A stretch of 63,455 nt of DNA, filler included, from Sphacelaria rigidula (Eukaryota), in NCBI GenBank assembly GCA_964200075.2. It is 7 parts of 7 records of this genome, joined end to end, with 100 filler letters (N's around TTAATTAATTAA, not from the genome) between each part and the next. Parts side by side here need not be neighbours in the genome. Positions count along the whole stretch, not along the records: positions 18,161 to 27,140 come from CAXNAA020009596.1; positions 27,241 to 36,220 come from CAXNAA020009597.1; positions 36,321 to 45,299 come from CAXNAA020009598.1; 4 more parts are not named here. One strand, 5' to 3'. Position 1 is the stretch's first letter; each line of letters starts with the position of its first letter. The notes under the pieces are model-generated. The model did no database searches, had not been told where the DNA came from, and saw nothing but the letters and a program-made list of their open reading frames with translations. Shown in pieces: positions 23,643-37,390 of the stretch. The position numbers and the translations under genes are program-made.

Positions 23643-26066
23643 AAAGGCTGAATTACGTGCTCGGCGCAATGGTCTATGTTTGAAAGGGGTTATGGGACCT
23701 CCGTTGATGTATTAATAACCCAGTAGAAAAGTGTATACTATACTCTCCATGTAAAATGTAAAATCCCCATGTGTGCACTAACACACACCGCAAAACACAC
23801 TCTGCTCGCACACTGCACACTGAACACACACTTAATGAAGTGGGGTAGTCATTTCTGGGGAAAACACTCATACAAACATGACATGTCATAATCCCATCTC
23901 TTCGCCACGCAAGAATGCATGTCCCCGTCAGATACCTACTGCAACCGCTACATCGGGTATACCTAAAATAACAGAACTGTATATCTTATCCGTATTTCCT
24001 CTGTACGTCATGATCCAATCTCAATATCAATATCCCTTGCATCCAGGCAGGTGAACTGTTATAATCCTTGAGCGTCAGTATACTCGATAAGCCTCCCTGC
24101 TTTCGGCTCTAGGACTGATGGTTTATCCTGAATTCATGGTGTCTCATTCTGAAAACGGCAAAATATTTCATGTTCTTTCGAACATGAATCCAACACTATA
24201 TTGCCAAAAACTGAAAAAGAAAACCCGATCCCGTCAGGTTAAAACCTTTTCAGCCACGCACAGACGTCGCAAACTCGTCTACTTTAGCAATCGAAAGCTC
24301 CAATCCTGAATATTATCAGTTCTTCGTAACCTATCCATGCTCCATTTCAACAATTATTGGCGTCAGTCAGCACAAAACAAAAAAGATATGTGTATATCGA
24401 TCTCAATCACTACCGGTTCCCAAATCTTCGAACAACCAAAAATCACAGAAGATTGTACAGTGGACACCGTTTTCATACCCCCAGTTACCATGATGACATT
24501 CGAGAGACTCACTCGATCTTCCAATACTCGAATATGTCAAAGACGCACTATTCTCAGAGTAACAAGATGCTGTTGTCTACGTGAAATTCGATTCAACATA
24601 CCTTCTACAACACGGTCTACATCAGACAAGTGTCTACAGTCAACATGTTCAGTGGCCGAGATATTATTCCACTGAACAATAACATGACTTCTCGAAATAG
24701 TATGCAAAATAGACACTGCAGAATGAAAACTTGCAGTAGTGGTGTGTGTACCACTTCCCCTCGACTTCGAGAACAAAGTTCAAATTCAAATCGAATCAAT
24801 TCAAGTTCAAATCGCTAAAACTAGAGGTATGCTCAAATACAAAAATGTATAGATTTTCCATCTGTTCCAACATAAGAACACAACACCTGCTTCTGTTTGT
24901 ACCACTCCGTATCCTAGAAAAACAAGACAGAGTCACTTTCAAAACATCATTAGCCTCCCTGATGATGTCGACCATCTATCAACTGCCTAGAATAGTTGAT
25001 ATAACCCATATCAGTGAACACCTGCAAGCTTGGACCCCTTCATATCAGAACACGAAAAACATCTCTTTCGAACCTCGTTCACTTCATAGACCCCAGAGAA
25101 AAATTATGTACCAGTACACTCGTTCATTTCACAACGACTTGTACTGCGTATATTCCATCAGGGAGAAACTCGGAACATAAAACCGAACTCTGTAGGCACT
25201 AAACATAATGTAGCCAAAATTGGCGGTTGATCAGTCCACTTCATTTCGAATTACTGATCTTTGATGCAAATTTTGCTCGCCATCCGGCCCGATAAATTCC
25301 CAAAATCGTCAAACTCATCGTCCCACTCTTGGAATATTTTCCCTTCCACAAAACAATCAATCCCTGTACACCAAAGTCCAAGTGCATGCAAATAAGTCAA
25401 ATTAGGAGTTACTCTGCATAAGCAGGACTATCACCCCAAATATATCAGGACGGATACTACTCCTTGAATAAGCGCCACACCCTGGGGAGAGCATGACATA
25501 AATTGCTCCGTATAAAAACGCCCCCCCCCCCGATTCAATATTACACATTGATTTGCAGGGAGTATTGCTTCCAGGTATTACATGAAAACATAACATCGGT
25601 AGCCCCAGAGTCAATCCTCGTGAGTATCCTGGTGCAAAGTCAGTCCCGCATGTTGAACGGCGGGTGGATAGTCAATTGTTTAGTGATACCCAAGACTAAA
25701 CAACGTTCTCGTCTCGGGAGTATACACAAGTTGAATCCACGTCATGTTCTTTCCGCAATTGAAAATGCCCAACGCAAAATCCAGAGCCGACGAATCATTT
25801 TGTCGAAAATATTCTAGCGCGGATCGCAAAATATCAAACTCCCTCTCGAAATCCATAACCGACGAATCAAATTGTCCAAAATAATCCGCCGTGGATCACC
25901 CCATCACAACATGATTTCCCCTTCTTTTTATATTACCCGAAAAGAGAATTATGGTATCGGATAGTCAAATCCCCCCCCATTAGTTTCTTTCTCGACTATC
26001 TCCTTCCATAATTTCTCCCCTTCTTTATCCCACCTTACTCCAGCCCGCTCTTTCGTACGTTTCTTC

Positions 26067-27140
26067 CACAGGCACCGTAGGTAAGGTAGGTACCCGGTAC
26101 CGGTATTTGGGACATCTCATACCCTACCGATACCGGTCCAATCCGGTATTTTCAAATGCCATACCTACGATACCTGCGATACCACGATATTTCGAGATTT
26201 CAAGACCTACCGTACCCGCCCAATCCAGTATTTTCAAATGTCATACTTACGATACCTACGATACCACGGTATGGGATACGCCGGTAAGTACCGGGGGTAT
26301 ACCCGGTATTTACCGAACGCGATACACTACCCACGATGCAGCAGCCGGTGCCAACTCACGCTGAGGGCAGAAGCTGTCGGAGCACGCACGTCTTGTTTTC
26401 ACAAGTAATACCCAGTTCCCCCCTAAGTTGCGTGTTTGGATCAATTCGAATGAATCATTCCCATGTCCTCTGATGGTTTTGGTGTGTGGGTGTAAATAGT
26501 AGATCACCACTCGAAAGCATACATCGTTCCATGTCGAAGACGAGCATTATACGCAATAAGATCCCACGTGTAAACAAGTAGAAAAATAACGAAAATGAGG
26601 AAACACGAAAAAACGAGGGGTCTCAGAGGGCATACAATATACACAACAGTGTGCCAAAATATCAATGAAATAACCTTCTATATTTATTTATATACTACCG
26701 TAAATACTGCGCAATTGTCGGGTGCTCTGTACGAAAAAATACAACAACTACACATAGAGGGGCAAACGCTACTCTTGTGTACTACTGCACTGAAACGCTT
26801 CGCGCTGCCGTATGACAGTTTTGAATTTGGTATACAGGGTGAGGCAGGTACCTGGCACCGGTATTTGGTACATCTCATACCCTACCGATACCGGTTCAAT
26901 CCGGTGTTTTCAACTGTCATACCTACGATACCACGGTATTTCGAGATTTCAAGACCTACCGTACCCGCCCAATCCGGTATTTTCAAATGTCATACCTACG
27001 ATACCTACGATACCAGGGTATTTCAAGATTTCAAGACTTGCCGTACCCGCCAAATCCGGTATTTTCAAATGTCATACCTACGATACCTACGCATACCACG
27101 GTATGGGATACCCCGGTAAGTACCGGGGGTACGCTTGGTA
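26067..27140. mobile_element. CACAGG-terminated non-autonomous DNA element with minisatellite subterminal arrays (cut by contig end)
   Basis: Starts CACAGGCACCGTAGGTAAGGTA like 41451. Contains ~75-bp units built from atacctacg 9-mers. The internal segment 26790-26850 matches 41993-42055. Confidence 0.8.
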
Positions 27141-28119
27141 NNNNNNNNNNNNNNNNNNNNNNNNNNNNNNNNNNNNNNNNNNNNTTAATTAATTAANNNN
27201 NNNNNNNNNNNNNNNNNNNNNNNNNNNNNNNNNNNNNNNNGTAGAAATCATGCATCACGAAGAAAAACCCAACGCATCGGGAATCGAACCCCCGTTCTCT
27301 CCACCCTAATGGCGACAGTCGGACCATTACGGCGTGGTTATACTGTTTTAGTTTCTACGGTCACTATTCCGTGTGTTTAGATCAAATGAGCGCGCACCTG
27401 GACTCTGCACATGCATGAGAAAAGAAAACGTGTTAAGCCTTGAACATGCACAAACTCAAATGCGCGCTCTTTTTTTCAACGCTTTTCCCTACCAATAACA
27501 GGAAACATCGGCAGCATGCGCCGAGGTTGAATTTTTGGGCACCAACATATATATATATATATGTGTGTGTCACCAACCGAGAAAAAAAACCACTAAGCTT
27601 GCAACAATTAGAATGTCCAGGCTAATGGATGAAGGGGAAAATAAATCCAACAATCGTCAAACATGAAGAAAAGGCAAAGCGATAGTATCATCTCGTCTTA
27701 CTCCGAAGGACAGCTGTTTTCTACTGTCATCTCTGCAACTTTGCATTGATCGTGACCTTATGTCTACTCCGCCACGCCACCCGTATGTTGCCGTTGGTAA
27801 ACCGTGTGTATGTTGCCGTTGGTAAACACCCCCGCTAACTCATATCACCAAACCCACGAGACACCAGTGGTTACTCTGTCGCCTCCTACCTTACGAATAG
27901 ATACTGCATCCATTTGCACACCGTGCAACCGCTCTACAGTTCTTCTCGCGAGTGCAACTTGTGAACACTGCGGAAACGCCAAACACACAGAAGCGAGTGG
28001 GCTACCGCGGTTTCGTCGCCGACGCACGGGGGATCCGGAGGGGCGGCCTCGGGTTAGAATCGCCCATGTTCCATCCGACTCCGTGGCACCCGTGAAGAAA
28101 TACCAGGTTCTTGACCGAT

Positions 28120-29068
28120 TCGGCACCTGTTGCGGTTCTTGGTGACGATGTTGCCGGCGGCCGAGAACACACGCTCCGGGCTCCCCGACGAGGTGGGGAC
28201 GGCGGCGGTAGATGCAGGCCATCTTGTAGAGGACAGGGCAGACCAGCCGTTTGTCGAACAACCAGTCCAGCACCGTCTGCAAAGAGACCTCCACATCAAC
28301 GACCTCGTTCTGCAGGTAACGCTCCAACACGTACCCCACTGCTCTCTTAGGCTCGGCCAGGATCGCCTCGGCCGATTGGGGGGGGAGATCTGGGGTTTCC
28401 TTTTCGTCGGTCACGGCGGACACGGACAGCAGCTTCGTGAAGAGGAGCGTAGTCTTGCTGACGGGCTGCTTCTTACGGAGGTCCGTGCGGGCGGGTGAGG
28501 CAGCGGGCTGGTCGGCGCCGGCCGCGGGATCCTCGCTCCTCCCGCTGTCCCTCTCATCGGCCATGGTGGCGACCATGGCGTCAACCGTGAGCTTGTGGTA
28601 CCTATTTCTCTCGCTCACGTCGCACAATGTCAGCTTCTTGACGCGAGGGTCGTAGACAGCGGCAATCATCGAACATTTGGTGGGAGGGTAGAAGCGGTCC
28701 TCGACGTCGCCAAACATCTCGTCCGCTGCGTTTCTGATGTGCTGCGGAAGATTAATGTCGCAAGCCTCCCTCTCGCAGAAGGCGTGGAGGTTCGACGCGA
28801 ACATTGGCGTAATGCTGTTGGTGATGAAGCTATCACCCTGCATGATGCTGGTTGCCTCGCAGAAGAGCCCGAGGAGCTCAACGACAGTGCGCGTGTTTGA
28901 CCAATCCGCGTCGTTGTTGAAAATATTGAGCTTTCCCTCCGTGGGAAGGGTGTCGCAGAGCTGCTGGGTGCAGAATTCGTATTCATTGAAGACGCGCGCT
29001 TGCTCGTAGTTGGAGTTCCAGCGAGTTGCACAGTGGGTGGGGATCTTCTTCAGGGGCTTTGATTCCGC
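28120..29068 (-). pseudogene. hAT transposase, 3' exon with C-terminal dimerization domain and one frameshift
   Basis: tttcag acceptor, then AESKPLKKIPTHCATRWNSNY ... AAVYDPRVK ... LYKMACIY / VPTSSGSPERVFSAAGNIVTKNRNR. Frameshift at ~28205; upstream part replaced by Copia sequence. Confidence 0.88.
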
Positions 29069-29129
29069 CTGAAACTGTCAAAAGCCCAGGAGCGGGAACA
29101 CAAGACAGCGCCATCACGGAAGGTCAAAC

Positions 29130-30575
29130 GATGTAAGGGACCGTAAGATGCGACGAAACATGGATACCAGCAGCGTGCACACACCTCTTATCTTCCATCC
29201 CCAAGCGCTCGCATCATGCACAAAAATACTTTAGGCGGTGTGAATGTAAACCGTTGGAATGCTTGCAGTAAATGGAGACCGAAAAGCTTGTTTGTAGTTC
29301 AGGTGGTACGCTTGCTCACTTACGAGACACACCGCAACAAGCTGGAGGAGAAGGCCTGGGAAGGACAACTCGCGGGTTATGGCAGTTAGAGTAAGACATA
29401 CCGTATTTACAAGTCAGCAACTAGGCAGGTTTTGGAATCGAGGAAGGTGACGTTTATTGAGAGACTTCCTGCAACTACTGCTCAGTACAATTATGACGTC
29501 GACGGCGGGGAGCCGGAGTCAACCAAGGACACTAGTCTGGAGAAAACTCTGAACAGTTTCGACAACCCTGAGGATATCGGAATTTTGAACAACTAGGTAG
29601 GAGGCACATCAGCTACAAGAAAGGCCCATCAACCTCGGTCGGCAGGATCTCCAACGTCGATCGAGACAAGCAACCTGAACAGTCGACAATCGAGAACACT
29701 TCGACAACTAGTATACGCATCAGTCAGTACGGATGGGTTGGCGCATGTACTGGAGTCGGTCTTTGCGTATATGACTACGACTACCAATGCAGTCATCCCG
29801 CCAACTGCAGTTCCACTACCGAGTACCTACAAAGAGGCATTCAGGTCGTCTTTTTCTGCGGAATGGGACGAAGCCATGAGACAGGAGCTGCAGAGTTTAC
29901 AGAATCATGAAGTAGCCGATCTCGTTTCAGCAAGCACTATTCCAGCGGACAGCTCTGCCATCAGTACGCGTTGGGTATACAAGGTCAAGCCCAATGGGAA
30001 ATTTAAAGCCAGCTTGGTCGTCCAGGGTTGGGGGCAACAGCATGGTAACGACTGCGGAAGAAAGTACGCACCAGTTTGTCGTATTGGCAGCCAACGACTC
30101 TTACTGGCTGTAGCAGCAGGCAGAAATTTGGACGTCATTCAAATGGATGCGATCACCGCTTCCCTTCAAAGCAACGTCGAAGAAGAAGTGTACACAAAGT
30201 AAGCTCCGGGAGACCGTATGTTATGAAGATCAAGAAGAGTATTTATGGTCTCAGGCAGAGTCCTCGTAACTGGAAGAAGAAGTTCAACGCTGGAGTAGTG
30301 GAGCTGGGGTTTAGACCAACTTACTCCGATCCGTGCCTGTACACATACGGGAGCGGAGATACTTTCGCCATGATGACTCTCTATCTCGATGATTGTCTTC
30401 TCACTGAAGCATCTACAAAGGTACTTACCCATTTACGGGAGCTACTACAGTCGAGGTTCGCCGTGAGCGATCTCGGTCAGGCGAGTTTCGTTTTGGGAAT
30501 GATTGTACATCATGACAAGGAGGAAAGTACGATCAGAATATCACAGGACAGCTACACAGAATCTTTACTGACCAG
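29130..30575 (+). mobile_element. Ty1/Copia pol remnant (integrase end plus RVT_2 reverse transcriptase)
   Basis: WDEAMRQELQSL, RWVYKVK..GKFKASLVVQG, IKKSIYGLRQSPRNW, SDPCLY, LYLDD; contains stops and deletions. Confidence 0.93.
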
Positions 30576-30848
30576 GTCCACCCACTCGTTCCAAGATGTT
30601 GGGGGTCGAGTTTGTACATCCTTGCCTTGCATTCGGAGCTGCTCGAGTTGTGCTTCAGTGCGCCATTTTAGTGTGCCAGTTGCTAGGTCTGAGTACGCGC
30701 CGAGGGCTGTACCGTGGAGTAGTAGCAGTAGATGCTTGATGTACCTATGGTCGATTAAATCTGAACTACACTGGTCGTGTGAGTTAACTTGCACTCTCGA
30801 TTTGTACTCGAACATGATATAGTCGGTATGTCCTCTTCTGCTGGTCCA

Positions 30849-32060
30849 TGTAACGCCAAGTTCGAGCCTGGGTCTGACTGCTCTAGGGTAAATCGCGGTG
30901 TGTGCCCTTCATATATTTTCCGTCTTCTCAAATCTGCGAGTAGCGGGGCGTCTGTACGGGAATTTAACGAATCGTCCCTGTCCAGTTGGATCTCAGCATT
31001 TGGGCACGCGTTACTGTGAGTACTGTGGAGAAATCACGCCGTCACGGTTGAGTTTATTGTGGATTCTGGATAATGACCAGGGGACAAGGGCATCCTGTGG
31101 ATGATGACCCTTGTTGTGTAGCGCAGGCCTGATGATAGGCTACAGGTGTTCACTCTGATAATGATGAGGTGTTGTAAAGGCTGACAACTGAGACCTTGAG
31201 GCCAGTGGAGCTGGGGAGTCCCTCAAAAACATTCAGACGCTGCAGTACTAGCAAACCTGCTGGCGTCACAATATCGATACTAGTGCTAGTGCTGGCGTGC
31301 TAGTAGATGCTATCGTTTGAGACTGCTGAAAACGTTTAGCAGGGAGAGTCTGGACAACTAGTGATCAGCTTCGGGCACAGAGCTTCATGGACGCGTGAGG
31401 AGGCATCAAGCTGAGGTAGCTGAAAAGGCGGCTAGCTCGTGATTGATCCAGACTGGAGACTTGCTGGAGCTGCGTACAGCGGGTGTTTATACGACAGGGC
31501 TGTGTTGAAACGGCGAAGCAAGCAGGTATGAACTGAAGTTCCAGAAGGTTTGAGAAATCTTCGATTTAGGGTCAAGAATGTCGACTATGGAGGTAATTGA
31601 CTGTGCTCACGCTCTGCCATGAACAACGATTGATGTAGGATACAGTGCGGCACAAAAAACATGCATCATGTTGTAATTGCGGAGGATTTGGTAACTAATC
31701 AGATGAATAATGTCGAATGACGTAGGTTACGCGAGTACAGTCACGTGTGCGGTACGAGCAGCTAGATTGCCCCCTCCCTATCGATCAGTTCATCTTGGTT
31801 CATCTTGGTTCTGGGTTCTGGGTGCCAACTGCCTGCCTTGCTCTAGAGGTTAACATAAGTGTACGTGGTTAGTCTGTGAGAGTGATACTGAAGTGAGAGG
31901 GATATTGAGCGTGTATTACTGTGTGACTGAGTTGATTGCACTATGTGAGAGTGAACAGGGTGAAGTGAAGAGATAATACGAACGTTCTGGAACATTGCTA
32001 TTTGCCTGGGCCAAGGTGTTGACTGCTGTTCACCCACTTGATCTGTGTGAACGCTTACCC
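30849..32060 (+). mobile_element. Probable LTR/leader of the Gypsy element
   Basis: Non-coding, starts TGTAAC, and lies directly upstream of gag. No second LTR on the contig to confirm. Confidence 0.35.
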
Positions 32061-32089
32061 CTCATCAGAGGGGTCGATTAGGAGGTACC

Positions 32090-35000
32090 GACAGTAGAGC
32101 CAGCAGAAACGACTGTAACCCCAGTCGTTCTAAGGGAACAGTTGGGGCCGCCCAGTTACGGGAGTTTGTATTCTGAGGGTGCCTCTCGATCGTTTTACAC
32201 GAGATACATGGAATACAAAAGGAGGGTGGAGCATGCGAATGGAGGGGGTGCGGTGAGGCATCAAGTGGTTTCGATGGCGCAATTAGTACCAACACCCTGA
32301 CAACTCGTCTTCGCGAGACGGGTCCGTGAAAAGCATACCATAACACCGCTGCAGTTGGCCGCAGTAATAAAGAAGCACGCAGGGCATGCGGCAGGCGCGG
32401 AGGTAGAGATTACGCAGGCGTCCGCGGCCGTGGCAAAGGCTGTCGCAATGAACCATAAGGGGAGGACCATGCGTGAGAGGGTGGAGCCCATAATGGGTAA
32501 GTTGGAAACGTATTTTGCGGAAAATCCCAACGTAGAGATGATTTACCGTTCGTCCGATGGGAAATTTCGCCCAGGGCCCGCTGCGGTGGTCACCAAAGCG
32601 ATGGTGGAGGGTCTGGCACCGGCGAAATTTAAGCAGGCCGTGCTTGTACAGTTACAGCACGAGACAAATCGGAAGTCGAACCCGTATTTAGTCATGGATA
32701 CCGTGGTGGCTGAGGCTCAGGCATGGCGGCGCGTCGAAGTATTCGGAAAAGCATCCACTTCCTCGCCGCAGTCTTCGAGCTCGCGAAACCGCGGATCAAA
32801 ATCCGCAGGCAGTACCGCATCCAATTTTACTTGCTTTCAGTGTGGCGAGGTCGGTCACATCGCACGGAAGTGCCCGACGCCTTCTGAAGGGGACTCTGGG
32901 CAGACGAGTGCCGCAAGCCCTCGCAATCACAAAAGATGAGGTAGTCGTGGTGGCGGCAGCGGCGTATCCTCCAGCGGCGAAGGTGCACAGTCAAGTTCCC
33001 AGCAGAAGCAGCAGCAGCAGCAGCAGCAGGGGTCCGGTTCTGGGATCGGTTCAGCTGCAGTATCAGCTGCTGCTCCGCAACGGGCGGTGCAGGTGGGACC
33101 GACCTCTCTAGTGTCGGGCTCGGTGCCGGCGCCGCCGGCAGCAGAGCAAGGCGAGACGCCGGCTGCGGAGCCGGCCGGTTTTGAGCTGAAATTTGAATCC
33201 GCTGCTGCGTCGGTCGGGGTACCGCTGCAATTTTGTTCTGCGGGTGGGGCTTCGTACCCGCCGGCGGTGCCGGTGATCCCAGCGGGGGCGTCTCTGCCTG
33301 CGCCGCGCGTGCAGCCGTGGCGCCAAGTGGGGATTACGACCAATCAGTCGGCGGAGCAGGTGCCGGTTGAGGACCAAGACAATTATGTCCTTGCCGAGTT
33401 ATATCTGCCCGATCAACGGGCGCGGGGAACAATTTCGGTCGAAGCGGCGTTGGATTCAGGCGCCCACTTCACGAGCATGTCGGTGCTAATTGTGGAGATG
33501 CTGGAGCGTCTACTCCCCGGTGAGCAAATCCGAATTCCGTTTTCGCTCGGGGCGCGGCAGGACATCACCGCATCGGGGCAACATATAAATGTTACGGAGC
33601 GTACGACTCCCCTACAGTTGGCGTTCCTGGCTACTTGGGGGCCAGCAAAATTACCCCCAATATCGTTTGCGATCAAGCCGGGGACGGATGGTGTCGTTCT
33701 GTTTGTACCGATGCTCCGGGGACTCGGAGTCGATCCGGATGATCGGTTGTTGGAGTCACTAAAAACGCAAATGCCGTCGCCCGGATCGAGTGTAGAGACG
33801 CCTGCTCTTTTGGCCAGTCGCAGAGTGAGCTTGTCGGTTCATGCTCTCCAGGAGGCGGGAGGACAGGTGTCTGAGGAGCGTGATGAGGCGGTGGAATGCT
33901 TGGTGTAGCGCGGCCCCGATATGTTTATGTAGCCTGTAATGCGTGAGAGGACCGCGTGCTTAGAGGACCGCATCGGAATTCGAATATCCCTATGATTGGG
34001 GTTAGGGTTAGGGTTAGGGTTAGGGTCGGGGTTATGGTCAGGGGCGTAGTACCTGCAGGGACTGGTCCAATTGGTTTTGAAAAACGTCGATCCTGAAGTG
34101 TTTCGAACCACGGTGCGGTCCTCTGAGCACGCGGTCCTCTCACGCATTACAGAGCCGGTGGAAGAAGAGTCCGCGCGAATGGCTGTGCTTGAGGAAAGCG
34201 TGATGGATTCGGTGGAAAATGGCCTCGGAGTCTCAAAAGCGGAACACTTACGTGGCATACTGTATAGCCACGTTAACGCGTTTCGTCGTGCGCTGAGGGG
34301 TGATCCCCCTGCGCGCGTGGAACCCATGAGGGTTACACTGAAGCCAGGGGCGGCCGCGGTGAAGGCAAAACCGAGGGAGTATGATCCGGTAAAGTCCAGT
34401 TGGCTAGCCTCTTGCATGGGAGCTTTTGTGGCGTTTGGGTCGGTGTTCACGAATCTACAGGTGGTGTGATCCAGTCCAGCGATCGCGGTGCCGAACAAGG
34501 ACGCTTTCCGTCTTGTTAACGATTACGGAGCCGTCAATGATCAGGTGGAGAAGTCGCTGGGTGTCATACCCAATCAGGAATGCTGCTTCTTATTTTCAAG
34601 GTGTCATGGTAGACCTTTTAGATGGCTTAAAATGCAAGACTTGGGTGGATAATGTCTTTTTCTTCGCGGATACGGAAGACGAACTGTTGGATACGCTTGA
34701 TGCAATCTTGGCTCGCTCAGAGAGTGTTGATCTATTTGCGGCTGCCCACAAGTGTACCTTTTTTGCTAGTGAAGTAGTGTGATGTGGGAAGTATACTCAC
34801 ACAGCCGCGTCTCGCATGACCCGGTCCACTTGCAAGGTTTGTTTGACATGCGGCGTCCAGAAATAGCCGCAAAACTAATGCAATTCCTGCACGCAATGAA
34901 CTGGTTGCGTACCTCGTTGCCACGTATGGCTGAAGTAGTGGCGCCCTTACGCGTTTTTCTAGAGGAACTCATAGTGGGGGCAGTAAGGCGCACGAAGCGG

Positions 35001-35365
35001 GTGGCAACAAATCGTGTTATTCCACCCGCCTCATGGACGGCGGACAGGCTGCAGGCATGGGCGGCAGCGAAGGATCACGTCGCTAACGCCGTGATGCTGT
35101 TCCATCCCCGCCCCGGTTGCCAGGTGCTGATGTTTCTGGATGCATCCGAGTGTCATTGGGGTAGTTTCGTAACGCAGGTGCCTGATGCCGAAATGCAACA
35201 ACGGTTGCCGGTTGAAGACATGACGCATGAACCGCTGGCCTTTCTGAATGGAAATTTCAAGGGTTCACAGATGCGTTGGGCAACCATTGACAAAGAATTT
35301 TTCGCTATCTTGAGCACTTTTCGTCGCCTCGAGCATCTATTGTGGAATGGCGTACACATTCAAGC
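32090..35365 (+). mobile_element. Ty3/Gypsy internal region (gag zinc knuckle, protease, RT, RNase H), degenerate
   Basis: CFQCGEVGHIARKC, ALDSGAHFT, RT fragments (WVDN; central deletion), FLDASECHWG...WATIDKEFFAI. Domain order PR-RT-RH. Confidence 0.92.
33934..34152. mobile_element. 219-bp MITE with 42-bp TIRs, 3-bp TSD (AGC) and internal TTAGGG repeats
   Basis: CTGTAATGCGTGAGAGGACCGCGTGC... / ...GCACGCGGTCCTCTCACGCATTACAG with AGC on both flanks. Removing it rejoins the Gypsy reading MFM(E)PVEEE. Confidence 0.9.
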
Positions 35366-35399
35366 TGCTAGCGTCACAGTACGTAGCATTCCTGGAGAT

Positions 35400-36140
35400 A
35401 ACGCGTTGGGGGCTGTTCCTCCTATCTGCAAGAAGAGGTACGTTGGTGTTCAAGGTCTCGTTACTCAGACCAGCTCGTAGTGTGCTGTTTGCTATACTGC
35501 CACCTCGCTAATCGAACGTCGAACCAGGCGTTACCTCATTACTCAGTCGACTATTAGTGTTACTTTGGGTCACCTGTGCGACCTGGCGGAGCGCGTCTTC
35601 TGAAGGTGGGGTCATTCTCAACGCCGAAAGGGCCCACGCCGGGGGATCAGACCCGTCCTGCGCGTAACTTTTGAGGGTGCTGAGGGCTACCCGCAAGCCT
35701 ACTGTTTTGGCTTCTCCGATGTTGGACGCTGTCGAGTGGAGGGTGTCATCCTCTTGGTCTGACTCGCTGTCTACATCGCTGTCGCCGTTTGTGTCCAGAT
35801 GGTGGAACCTACTCCCTTCGTTGGTATTGTCTGTGCTACCCCCACCCCAGCTCGTACTGTCTCTTTGCTTTTCTTGTGTATCGGGTTGCTGCCTTTGTTT
35901 CTTCCCGCTTTTGCTCGACCTCGACCTTTTTTTCTGCCGCCGAGTGGCCCATGTCTCGGGGGTTAATTGCCCCGTTGCGTCTGCCATGACCGACTCCGCG
36001 GGGTCGGCGTCCGAGGTTTCTTCGACAGTCTTGGCGTGAGCTCTGGCGGGTGCCGGCGTGACCGCTCCTGGCGTAACACTGCTGGAGTTCTTGGTTGGCA
36101 ATTTGACTATAAACTGCTCTTCTGCAAACTTGCACCTCAG
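35400..36140 (-). other. Low-complexity ORF fragment, possibly a retroelement gag/ORF1 remnant
   Basis: ~210 open codons with basic and acidic patches; truncates the Gypsy RNase H. No recognisable domain. Confidence 0.3.
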
Positions 36141-36479
36141 TGGGGGGGGGGGTGTACTCATGATCATGCTTGCCATAGTCATCAGACCAGTGACCTCGCA
36201 TCCCTAAAAAGCCGGGACGGNNNNNNNNNNNNNNNNNNNNNNNNNNNNNNNNNNNNNNNNNNNNTTAATTAATTAANNNNNNNNNNNNNNNNNNNNNNNN
36301 NNNNNNNNNNNNNNNNNNNNTAGGTCAGGGAAAGCACGGCTTTTGAGTTGAACCTCAACTTTTTTTTCAACCCCATTTTCGAAAATCGGCTGTTAAACGT
36401 GGGCCGCGAAGTGGCCTGCAAAGTACTGTTCCGAATGTCTACCGACCCCGTCACCAAACGGCCCAGTAGCCGGCCAATA

Positions 36480-37337
36480 TATAATATTGAGTTGGACCTG
36501 TAGCCAAAAAATGATACCAAGTCATCTGGCAGAGGCTATATAGACCCTAAAATTTGGTATGGACAATGCATAGGGCATAATAAAACAAATTACCAGTGCA
36601 CACAATATTTTTCATGAGTTAAGGGCAATAATCACTTTGATCAATATCATCATTATTATTATTTCCGCACATTAGTCCGGTCTCGCGAACCCGTGGTCAC
36701 AGTATCAGTACAATGCCATTTATTTACTCATTAAAAAACAAAGACAATTGTAACACTATATATATTCGTGAGATTCAGAGGGTAGTTTCAGATTCAGAAT
36801 AAGACCCGAAACGATCGACTTTCCCGTCGATTATGGCATCGCCACATTTCGAGGAGTAATGCGCCCAGCTGATGAAGCGGTGGCTTCAATGAAAGTTGTC
36901 ACCTACACGATCGATTTGACACATCGCTTGATCGCAACGACGTAGTCAGTCCATTGCAACAAAAGATCCCCTCTTTCAGGAAAAATCGATTAGTGCCTGA
37001 AACAGTCTCAGTTCCGAAATGCCCCCCCAGGCGTAAAAGTGCTTCGTGCGGTATCTCACCAACCAGACCACCGAATTCCTCGAATGGGGTACTGTACGGT
37101 AGCTGCATGCGCAGGACGTGTGCTCATCAAGCAGAAAAGGGAGAAAAAAAATTGCCTGTTAGGAACGCTAGAGCATCCACTCTGAATCTGAAACTACGTT
37201 CTGAATCTCACGAATATAGTGTTTCGTGTGCACTGGTAATTTGTCTCATTATGCCCTATGCACTGTCCATACCAAATTTCACGGTCCAACCTCTAACTAT
37301 TGGCCGGCTAATGGGCCTGAAAACTATAAATTCGCTT
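36480..37337. mobile_element. Foldback-type element with long inverted arms and a GGCTGGCCCAGCTCGTA end
   Basis: 36531-36605 and 36752-36800 are reverse complements of 37222-37295 and 37180-37222. Confidence 0.65.
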
Positions 37338-37390
37338 CTCGGCTGGCCCAGCTCGTAATTTTTTTTATTTAACGAGTCTGAGATTGTCAA

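Noticed and set aside
23720-26060. DIRS or tyrosine-recombinase element (DLFAC, GHAFLRG fragments)
   Set aside because: These are isolated short motifs among many stops, with no consistent domain order. Probably a decayed repeat, but I cannot assign it.
33998-34045. True chromosome end or telomere fusion
   Set aside because: Only a few units, enclosed by TIRs and a TSD within a continuous Gypsy sequence.
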